64,000 nt of DNA, from NCBI RefSeq assembly GCF_024298765.1, contig NZ_CP101210.1. One strand, 5' to 3'. The notes beneath the pieces are model-generated. The model did no database searches, was not told the origin of the DNA, and saw nothing but the letters and a program-made list of their open reading frames with translations. Positions 56,307 to 64,000 of the stretch are shown here, in pieces. Source of the DNA: Escherichia coli. GTDB lineage: Bacteria; Pseudomonadota; Gammaproteobacteria; Enterobacterales; Enterobacteriaceae. The translations under genes and the position numbers were made by a program. How positions within the stretch are numbered: position 1 is the first letter of the stretch; each line of letters begins with the position of its first letter.

Positions 56307-58355
56307 ATGAAGAACAAATATATCATTGCTCCGGGCATTGCCGTGATGTGTTCTGCAGTTATATCATCAGGTTATGCCAGTTCTGATAAAAAAGAAGATA
56401 CGCTTGTTGTTACTGCCTCCGGGTTCACTCAGCAGCTCAGAAATGCCCCGGCCAGTGTCTCAGTCATTACTTCAGAACAACTGCAAAAAAAACCGGTTTC
56501 AGATCTGGTCGATGCAGTAAAAGATGTTGAAGGGATTAGTATCACTGGTGGGAATGAAAAACCGGATATCAGTATACGTGGTCTAAGTGGCGATTACACG
56601 CTGATTCTGGTCGATGGACGACGTCAGAGCGGTCGGGAATCCAGACCAAACGGCAGCGGCGGTTTTGAAGCCGGATTTATCCCTCCTGTGGAAGCAATTG
56701 AACGCATTGAAGTGATCCGTGGCCCTATGTCTTCCCTGTATGGTTCTGATGCCATCGGAGGGGTCATTAATATCATAACCAAACCAGTTAATAACCAAAC
56801 ATGGGATGGCGTACTTGGACTTGGGGGGATTATTCAGGAACATGGGAAATTTGGTAACTCAACCACAAATGACTTCTATCTGTCAGGCCCATTGATTAAG
56901 GATAAACTTGGTCTTCAGCTATATGGAGGAATGAACTATCGCAAGGAAGATAGTATCTCTCAGGGAACACCGGCAAAAGATAATAAGAATATAACGGCAA
57001 CGCTCCAGTTTACTCCGACTGAAAGCCAGAAGTTTGTTTTTGAATATGGAAAAAATAACCAGGTGCATACATTAACACCTGGTGAGTCTCTCGATGCCTG
57101 GACTATGCGGGGAAATCTTAAACAACCAAACAGTAAAAGAGAAACGCATAATTCACGTAGTCACTGGGTAGCAGCATGGAATGCCCAGGGCGAAATACTG
57201 CATCCTGAAATTGCTGTTTATCAGGAGAAAGTTATTCGTGAGATTAAATCAGGTAAAAAAGATAAATATAATCATTGGGATCTTAATTACGAGTCAAGAA
57301 AACCGGAAATAACCAACACAATCATAGATGCAAAAGTGACGGCATTTCTGCCGGAAAATGTACTGACCATCGGAGGTCAATTTCAGCATGCAGAGCTCCG
57401 TGATGACTCAGCCACGGGTAAAAAAACGACAGAAACACAGTCTGTTTCAATTAAACAGAAAGCTGTTTTTATAGAAAATGAATATGCAGCAACGGATTCT
57501 CTCGCCCTGACTGGAGGACTGCGTCTCGATAATCATGAAATCTATGGCAGTTACTGGAATCCAAGATTGTACGCTGTTTATAACCTGACCGATAATCTCA
57601 CACTCAAAGGGGGGATCGCAAAAGCATTTCGGGCTCCTTCAATTCGTGAGGTGAGTCCTGGATTTGGAACACTGACGCAGGGTGGTGCCTCTATTATGTA
57701 TGGAAACAGGGACCTGAAACCGGAGACCAGTGTAACCGAAGAGATCGGTATTATTTATAGTAATGATAGTGGTTTTTCGGCGAGCGCGACGCTGTTTAAT
57801 ACTGATTTTAAAAATAAGTTGACCAGTTACGATATAGGTACAAAAGATCCAGTCACCGGGTTAAACACTTTTATTTATGATAATGTAGGTGAGGCAAATA
57901 TCAGAGGGGTGGAGCTTGCAACTCAGATTCCTGTGTATGATAAATGGCATGTATCTGCAAACTATACATTTACTGACTCTCGTCGAAAAAGTGATGACGA
58001 AAGTCTCAATGGCAAGTCGCTGAAAGGGGAACCTCTGGAAAGAACTCCCAGACATGCAGCCAATGCAAAACTGGAATGGGATTACACTCAGGATATTACA
58101 TTTTATTCATCTCTGAATTATACGGGAAAACAAATCTGGGCAGCACAAAGAAATGGTGCTAAGGTTCCCCGCGTTCGTAATGGATTCACATCTATGGATA
58201 TTGGTCTAAATTACCAGATTCTGCCAGACACGCTGATTAATTTTGCCGTTCTTAACGTCACAGACAGAAAGAGCGAGGATATCGATACCATTGATGGTAA
58301 CTGGCAGGTCGATGAAGGACGCCGTTATTGGGCTAATGTAAGAGTATCCTTCTGA
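56307..58355 (+). CDS. ireA: TonB-dependent outer-membrane siderophore receptor (IreA-like)
   Basis: 682 aa; signal peptide; TonB box DTLVVTAS; plug domain; C-terminal beta-barrel ending in F; symbol from memory of IreA length and N-terminus. Confidence 0.7.
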   Translation: MKNKYIIAPGIAVMCSAVISSGYASSDKKEDTLVVTASGFTQQLRNAPASVSVITSEQLQKKPVSDLVDAVKDVEGISITGGNEKPDISIRGLSGDYTLILVDGRRQSGRESRPNGSGGFEAGFIPPVEAIERIEVIRGPMSSLYGSDAIGGVINIITKPVNNQTWDGVLGLGGIIQEHGKFGNSTTNDFYLSGPLIKDKLGLQLYGGMNYRKEDSISQGTPAKDNKNITATLQFTPTESQKFVFEYGKNNQVHTLTPGESLDAWTMRGNLKQPNSKRETHNSRSHWVAAWNAQGEILHPEIAVYQEKVIREIKSGKKDKYNHWDLNYESRKPEITNTIIDAKVTAFLPENVLTIGGQFQHAELRDDSATGKKTTETQSVSIKQKAVFIENEYAATDSLALTGGLRLDNHEIYGSYWNPRLYAVYNLTDNLTLKGGIAKAFRAPSIREVSPGFGTLTQGGASIMYGNRDLKPETSVTEEIGIIYSNDSGFSASATLFNTDFKNKLTSYDIGTKDPVTGLNTFIYDNVGEANIRGVELATQIPVYDKWHVSANYTFTDSRRKSDDESLNGKSLKGEPLERTPRHAANAKLEWDYTQDITFYSSLNYTGKQIWAAQRNGAKVPRVRNGFTSMDIGLNYQILPDTLINFAVLNVTDRKSEDIDTIDGNWQVDEGRRYWANVRVSF

Positions 58356-58372
58356 GAGTATATAAAGACAAC

Positions 58373-58393
58373 CTGAGGCCGTGAGCCTCAGGT
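58373..58393 (+). terminator. stem-loop downstream of receptor gene
   Basis: cctgaggccgtgagcctcagg; no clear T-run. Confidence 0.4.
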
Positions 58394-59736
58394 ACCAGTG
58401 TAGTAATCAGTAATGTCAGTTTCCAGGTTGTAATGCTTTTAATCTTGATTAAAATAATCTTAATAATTTAAACTTGTTAAATATCGATGATTTTAATTTG
58501 AGAGCGTTCAGAATTCTGTGTCACGTTAAAAATTCTACAGCGTCATCACATTATTCAGCCGCCCTTCAAAATAAATGGCTAACTGCGACAATGTCAAATT
58601 CCAGCTTTGGATGGGCATTGTCCATTTCTCCTGTGCGTTCATCAGTCCCAGATAAAGTAGCTTCAACAGGCTGTTTTCATTCGGGAAAGCACCTTTAGGT
58701 TTTGGTCAGTTTCCTGAACTGGCGGTGGACTGATTCTATCGCGTTGGTTGTGTAGATCACCTTGCGGATATTCGCCGGATAGCGGAAGTACGCTGACAGA
58801 TTTTCCCTCTTGCGGCGCCAGGACTGGAGCACCACCGGATATTGCTGCCCCCGTTTCGCTTCCAGCTCATCCAGCGCCGTTTCCGACACCGCACGATACA
58901 CTGGCTTCAGGTCGGCCATGAACGCTTTATGGTGTTTTGACGCCACATATTTAATCGAGTTACGTATCTGGTGAATGACGCACAACTGTACCTCTGTCTG
59001 CGGATAAATGCTGTTTATCGCTTCAGGGAAGCCGGTCAGCCCATCCACGCAGGCAATCAGAATGTCTTCAACGCCACGGTTTTGCAGATCACTTAATACT
59101 GACAGCCAGAAGTTAGCGCCTTCGCTTTCCGACAAATACAGGCCCAGGACTTCTTTTTTGCCTTCCAGATTCAGCGCCAGTACGGTATAAACTGCCTTGC
59201 TCTGATAACACCCATCTTCGCGGATTTTATAGTGAATGGCGTCCAGCCAGACGAAGGGATAAACCTTTTCCAGCGGGCGCTGCTGCCACTGTTTTAACTC
59301 AGGAATGACTTTATCGGTAACCGCACTGATGGTAGCCGTGGAAACACTGAAGGCATATAAATCTTCGATCTCCCGGCTGATATCCTGGTAGCTCATCCCC
59401 AGCGCGAACAGGCGAATGATCTTGCGCTCGAGCTCATCAGACAGCGTGGTCTGGTGCTTCTTCACCAGTTGGGGTTCAAAATAACCATTACGATCACGTG
59501 GAGTTGCCAGCTCAAAGCTGCCAGTCGGGGCTTTAATGGTCTTTTTTCCGGAACCATTTTTACGATTGACTTCAAAATCCTGAGCCAGATGGGAGTCGAG
59601 TTCAGCGGCCAGAGCGGTTTCTGTTAACTGTTTGATTAATGGCGTTAGGATACCATCCTTGCCGGTTAATGCTTGGCCGGACTGAACCGCCCCGGAAATC
59701 CTGGAGACTAAACTCCCTGAGAAAGAGGTAAACAGG

Positions 59737-60063
59737 ATGACTAAAAATACTCGTTTTTCCCCCGAAGTCCGTCAACGGGCAGTTCGTATGGTTCTGGAAA
59801 GTCAGGGCGAATATGACTCACAATGGGCGGCAATTTGTTCCATTGCTCCAAAGACTGGCTGTACGCCGGAGACTCTGCGTGTCTGGGTTCGCCAGTATGA
59901 GCGGGATACCGGGGGCGGAGATGGAGGGCTCACCAGTGCTGAACGTCAGCGTCTGAAAGAGCTGGAACGTGAAAATCGTGAACTGCGCCGCAGCAACAAT
60001 ATCCTTCGCCAGGCTTCCGCTTATTTTGCGAAGGCGGAGTTCGACCGCCTCTGGAAAAAGTGA
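59737..60063 (+). CDS. IS629 OrfA
   Basis: 108 aa [39 protein letters not shown]... Confidence 0.88.
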   Translation: MTKNTRFSPEVRQRAVRMVLESQGEYDSQWAAICSIAPKTGCTPETLRVWVRQYERDTGGGDGGLTSAERQRLKELERENRELRRSNNILRQASAYFAKAEFDRLWKK

Positions 60064-60950
60064 TGGCACTGCTGGATAAGCTGCGTGAGCAGTACGGGGT
60101 CAGACCGGTATGCAGTGAACTGCATATTGCCCCGTCAACGTATTACCACTGTCAGCAACAGCGACATCATCCTGATAAACGCAGTGCACATGCACAGCGC
60201 GATGACTGGCTGAAGAGAGAGATACAGCGCGTATACGATGAAAATCATCAGTGTACCGTGTGCGTAAAGTCTGGCGCCAGTTGTTACGGGAAGGAATCAG
60301 GATGGCCAGATGTACAGTGGTGCGCCTCATGGCGGTTATGGGACTTGCCGGTGTTCTCCGGGGTAAAAAGGTCCGCACTACCGTCAGCCGGAAAACCGTT
60401 GCCGCAGGTGACCGCGTAAACCGTCAGTTCGTGGCAGAACGTCCTGACCAGCTGTGGGTGGCTGATTTTACTTACGTCAGCACATGGCAGGGCTTCGTCT
60501 ATAGTGGCGTTCATCATTGATGTATTTGCCGGATATATCGTGGGGTGGTGGGTCTCATCGTCTATGGAAACGACATTCGTGCTGGATGCGCTGGAGCAGG
60601 CGTTGTGGGCCCGCCGTCCGTCCGGCACCATCCATCACAGCGATAAAGGCTCTCAGTATGTGTCACTGGCCTATATGGAGCGATTAAAAGAAGCAAAACT
60701 GCTGGCATCAACAGGGAGTACAGGCGACTCGTATGACAACGCGATGGCGGAGAGCATCAATGGTCTTTACAAAGCGGAGGTAATACACCGTAAGAGCTGG
60801 AAAAACCGTGCAGAAGTGGAACTGGCCACACTCACGTGGGTGGACTGGTATAACAATCGACGATTGCTGGGAAGGCTGGGCCATACTCCTCCGGCAGAAG
60901 CAGAAAAAGCTTATTATGCTTCCATCGGAAACAATGATCTGGCAGCCTGA
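60060..60950 (+). pseudogene. IS629 OrfB transposase, frameshifted
   Basis: DDE transposase sequence split over three overlapping frames (60060-60419, 60251-60520, 60504-60950). Confidence 0.8.
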
Positions 60951-61097
60951 GTTCACAGATAAAACACTCTCCAGGAAACCCGGGGCGGTTCAGGACTGGA
61001 GTGCCTTAAGCGCTTTATCGAAATCGAAGGGTTGGGACATGTGTCATTCCTTTTTGGTTGTATATTACTGGAATGACACAGAATTTCTAACACTCCC

Positions 61098-62085
61098 TTT
61101 AATTTAGGTTTATTACTATTATTATACTTACTCTCTTTTTTACATGACCTCAATCTTTACGATTATATTCACTCTATCTTTACACATTCCATTACTCTTA
61201 TCCTCATCCAATTATATTCATGTCCTTCTCTAATCTTCCTTGTCACCATTATCATAATATCCACTTCTTCCCTCATTCAATCATAATTACTGTAATTCAT
61301 ACGTTACTCAGATAAGTTATTCTCTACAGCTACGCTATTGTTGATATCCATCTGTTCTCATTTTCAGTGAAACAGTAATTGATTTTAATTTATCCATCAT
61401 GAACTGTATTTGCTTAACAATGATTGTTTATCTGAAGTGTTTTAACTATTCTGGTTGGAAACAATTTCTCTGTCATCAAAGATTAACTGAATGTTTACTC
61501 TTTGATAAGGTATCCATGGTTCCGTCATGTTTAACAGCGCAGGATAAACAACAGAATTAACAGAGTGAATTTCTGATTATATTTGTTGCCGGTTGTATTG
61601 TTTAAGGTACTGGGTGAAAATTATTCATCCATTGTATGTTGTCTTATGCTATCGTGTGTCGTTAACGTTCATATCCTGGAAAACAGATTGAATAAGCGCG
61701 TGTGAGTTTATTGTGGTGACCTTATAAACGTTTTTTCAGACTCACTGAGAGCAAATTTACAAATCATGAGCTTATAGTTGTAATATGTTTCCTAACCGCC
61801 TGGCAGCGGGATTACAGTTCGTATTTTTCTGTATTTCACTGTGTTGTATTGAATCTGTATTTTCTTCGCACCTCGTTTATCTCATCTCTATAGACAATGC
61901 CATCAGATAACTCATACCCTTCAGCACAACGCTGTGTGTCGTTAATAATCCGTCGTATCCATTCTGTTACAGCATGCCTGATAAATACCATCTGTAAGTT
62001 ATTACCGTTTTAGATCTGATTATGAGCGAAAGCATTAATTCGCTCACAGAGCTTAAAACATCATTAACTTTCAGGAGTCATCAAC
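61098..62085. other. about 1 kb ORF-free AT-rich spacer with G-depleted tract
   Basis: No ORF of 60 aa or more on either strand; 61108-61300 is pyrimidine-rich on the plus strand with about six G. Confidence 0.6.
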
Positions 62086-62652
62086 ATGCCTAAATCTTAC
62101 ACACCAAACTGGTTTTTTACCGCTTTACTTGACAATCACATCAATCAAATGATGGCACGCTATTCCTGCCTGCGGGCCTTACGGATGGATTTCTTCTACA
62201 GGAAGGATACGCCTGATTTCTTACAACCTGATCATCGTTGGCTTGAATTACAACTGCGTATGCTGCTGGAGCAGGTTGAACAGTTTGAAAATATGGTTGG
62301 CTTCTTCTGGGTGATTGAATGGACGGTTGATCATGGTTTTCATGCGCATGTGGTCTTCTGGCTCGATCGTCAGAGGGTTAAAAAAATATATCCCTTTGCG
62401 GAGCGGATTACGGAATGCTGGCGGTCTATTACGCATAACAGCGGTTCGGCACACCGCTGTACATATCAGCCGCATTATACATACAACATCAACATTCCTG
62501 TGCGCCACAACGATCCTGAAAGCATCGATAATATTCGCGGTGCCCTGCATTATCTGGCAAAAGAAGAGCAAAAAGACGGGCTGTGTGCCTACGGCTGCAA
62601 TGAAGTTCCTGAACGTCCTGCTGCAGGGCGTCCTCGTAAGCCTCACTTCTGA
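62086..62652 (+). CDS. inovirus Gp2-like protein (YagK/YfjJ family paralogue)
   Basis: 188 aa; FHAHVVFWLDRQ motif region analogous to HYHVILLLNKD of the 54043 gene. Confidence 0.6.
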   Translation: MPKSYTPNWFFTALLDNHINQMMARYSCLRALRMDFFYRKDTPDFLQPDHRWLELQLRMLLEQVEQFENMVGFFWVIEWTVDHGFHAHVVFWLDRQRVKKIYPFAERITECWRSITHNSGSAHRCTYQPHYTYNINIPVRHNDPESIDNIRGALHYLAKEEQKDGLCAYGCNEVPERPAAGRPRKPHF

Positions 62653-62701
62653 AGCTTAAATCCTGAGCTTCCTGTCCTGGAAACATTCCGTCGGTAAAAC
62701 C

Positions 62702-62744
62702 TTACCGCCTTGCTTAATGATGTGAACTGAAGTCAACGGAGATC
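62702..62744. repeat. conserved leader element (copy 2)
   Basis: See copy 1 at 53988-54035. Confidence 0.55.
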
Positions 62745-62909
62745 ATTCACTCTGAACCACATCCGGTGTTCTGTCCCTTGTCGGTGACCTGATCTTCCCG
62801 TTCTGCCCCGGTTCTTCACTTATTCCATCAACCCCATCCGCAAACCATAACACGTCAGCTTATTCACGGGCAGGACGCATTGTGGGCTGCGCATAACGGA
62901 GCATATCTT

Positions 62910-63482
62910 ATGAATGCTATCCCTTATTTCGACTATAGCCTGGCCCCCTTCTGGCCATCTTATCAGAACAAAATCATCGGCGTTCTCAACCGTGTGTTGC
63001 GCGAGCAGTCCTGCTCCCGAATACGGCGGATCCTGCTTCGTCTGCCGGGGGAACATGGCAACATCTTCAGCGACAGAAAAACCTGGTTCGGTATGGCCTT
63101 TATCGAAACCGTCAGTGCGCTGATGAATGCAACACCCGGACGTGACCTCTGCTGGCTCCTGACACGTCATCCTGAAAAACCGGAATACCACGTGGTGCTG
63201 TGCGTCAGACAGGAGTATTTCGACGGCCCTGAACTGGATCGGCTGATTCTGGATGCCTGGAGCAACGTACTGGGCTTCGCATCACCGGGTGAAGCAGCAC
63301 CGTACCAGAAGCAGATCACCCGGGATGTGGTGCTGGACAGTTGTTCACCGGACTGCGAAGAGAGACTCAAAGAGCTGATATGGGCGTTCAGTGATTTCGC
63401 CCGCGATCGTCGTGGTGTGCGCGATCCGGAAGCCCGTTACCTCGCCGGTAATCCCTGGTATCCCGTAGCAGGCCAGCTCTGA
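62910..63482 (+). CDS. hypothetical protein, possible third Gp2-like paralogue
   Basis: 190 aa from MNAIPYFDYS; GGAG RBS; EYHVVLCVRQEYF motif. Confidence 0.5.
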   Translation: MNAIPYFDYSLAPFWPSYQNKIIGVLNRVLREQSCSRIRRILLRLPGEHGNIFSDRKTWFGMAFIETVSALMNATPGRDLCWLLTRHPEKPEYHVVLCVRQEYFDGPELDRLILDAWSNVLGFASPGEAAPYQKQITRDVVLDSCSPDCEERLKELIWAFSDFARDRRGVRDPEARYLAGNPWYPVAGQL

Positions 63483-63550
63483 AAGCTCAGCTCAGCAGAT
63501 TCACCCGCATTTGCCCAACATTCATAAATCTCACAGAGGACATTCTGACC

Positions 63551-63787
63551 ATGTTGACCTCAATGACAGGTCACGACAGCGTATTGCTGCGTGCCGACGA
63601 TCCCCTGATCGACATGAACTACATCACCAGCTTCACTGGTATGACCGACAAATGGTTTTACAAGCTGATCAGTGAAGGCCATTTCCCTAAACCCATCAAA
63701 CTGGGGCGCAGCAGCCGCTGGTACAAAAGTGAAGTGGAGCAGTGGATGCAGCATCGAATCGAGGCATCACGAGGGGCAGCAGCATGA
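63551..63787 (+). CDS. AlpA-family prophage regulatory protein (excisionase-like HTH)
   Basis: 78 aa; ...ITSFTGMTDKWFYKLISEGHFPKPIKLGRSSRWYKSEVEQWM resembles AlpA/Xis-type HTH. Confidence 0.7.
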   Translation: MLTSMTGHDSVLLRADDPLIDMNYITSFTGMTDKWFYKLISEGHFPKPIKLGRSSRWYKSEVEQWMQHRIEASRGAAA

Positions 63788-64000
63788 AACGTGTTGTAAT
63801 GCCGGTACGCTGGCAATGTGCAAAATACCAGCGTTGGTATTGTGGAAATCAGCCCTGTCCCTGGTGCTGGCGACATTTACGTTCATCTTCTTGCAGACAT
63901 TCTCCAGTCAGCCAGCAGGTTGTAGCTCTTCCTGACTGATTCGTCATTCCATTCTTATTGATTATAACTGGCATTACACCGGTGCTGGCGTGCTTTCCTG

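Larger units (their letters stand above)
59683..60992 (+). mobile_element. IS629 (IS3 family)
   Basis: 1310 bp; IRs TGAACCGCCCCGG... and ...CCGGGGCGGTTCA; flanked by 4-bp direct repeat GGAC. Confidence 0.85.
58533..61040 (-). pseudogene. IS256-family transposase, disrupted by IS629 insertion and a C-terminal frameshift
   Basis: N-terminus MSQPFDFDKALKALQS at 61040-60993 continues in frame at 59682 (GQALTGKDGILTPLIKQL...) once IS629 plus one GGAC copy is removed; one-base frameshift near 58693 creates a stop after ...FRKLTKT. Confidence 0.75.
58500..61097 (-). mobile_element. IS256-family insertion sequence (IS1414-like) interrupted by nested IS629
   Basis: Terminal inverted repeats around aattctgtgtca (58507-58520) and tgacacagaatt (61074-61085); 8-bp direct repeat TTTAATTT flanking at 58492-58499 and 61098-61105. 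Confidence 0.65.
42785..64000. mobile_element. selC-associated genomic island (CP4-57/CP4-44-like backbone plus IS and cargo), partial; continues beyond window
   Basis: Abrupt change to AT-rich sequence; att-like repeat at left edge; prophage-remnant gene set; IS elements; AlpA-like gene at right edge with integrase expected beyond. Confidence 0.7.

Noticed and set aside
58695-59465. Possible astA (EAST1 enterotoxin) gene embedded in the IS1414-like transposase
   Set aside because: The alternative frame of the transposase region (around 58920-59040, minus strand) has no ATG at the expected position and contains a stop codon; the DNA is clearly divergent from the astA sequence as I remember it. 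No intact EAST1 ORF is present.
63742-63939. Small Cys/Trp-rich ORF overlapping the end of the AlpA-like gene
   Set aside because: It overlaps alpA in another frame and runs toward the window edge; it cannot be distinguished from the start region of the downstream gene or a chance ORF.

Overview
This window reads as an Escherichia coli chromosome segment in two parts. Positions 1 to about 41.7 kb are conserved core, in K-12-like gene order: dnaA-dnaN-recF-gyrB, yidB/yidA/yidX, the dgoRKADT galactonate operon, cbrA, yidR, yidQ, the ibpA-ibpB heat-shock pair, yidE, yidL/yidK/yidJ/yidH/yidG/yidF, emrD, the tisB/istR-1 SOS toxin locus, ivbL-ilvBN, uhpABCT, ade, adeQ, yicN, nepI, yicS, nlpA and yicL. 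From about 42.8 kb to the window end is an AT-rich, horizontally acquired genomic island. Its left edge is a degenerate 16-bp copy of the selC tRNA 3-prime end; the integrase and selC itself are expected beyond the right edge and are not in the window. The island has a CP4-57/CP4-44-like backbone on the minus strand (GTPase, WYL regulator, DUF932, antirestriction, RadC-like, DUF987, CbeA/CbtA antitoxin/toxin, YeeW-like, DUF4942-like). It also carries IS2, an IS256-family element split by a nested IS629, an IreA-like TonB-dependent siderophore receptor with a putative Fur box, three inovirus-Gp2-like paralogues and an AlpA-like regulator. The best candidate for something undescribed is the cargo slot between the GTPase and the first Gp2-like gene (50.4-54.0 kb): a 407-aa lysine-rich protein with an N-terminal Cys/His cluster, a convergent 176-aa HTH-like protein, and an ORF-free AT-rich spacer containing tandem direct repeats and a 21-codon hydrophobic mini-ORF. 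All calls rest on reading the sequence and on recalled protein families; no database search was run.
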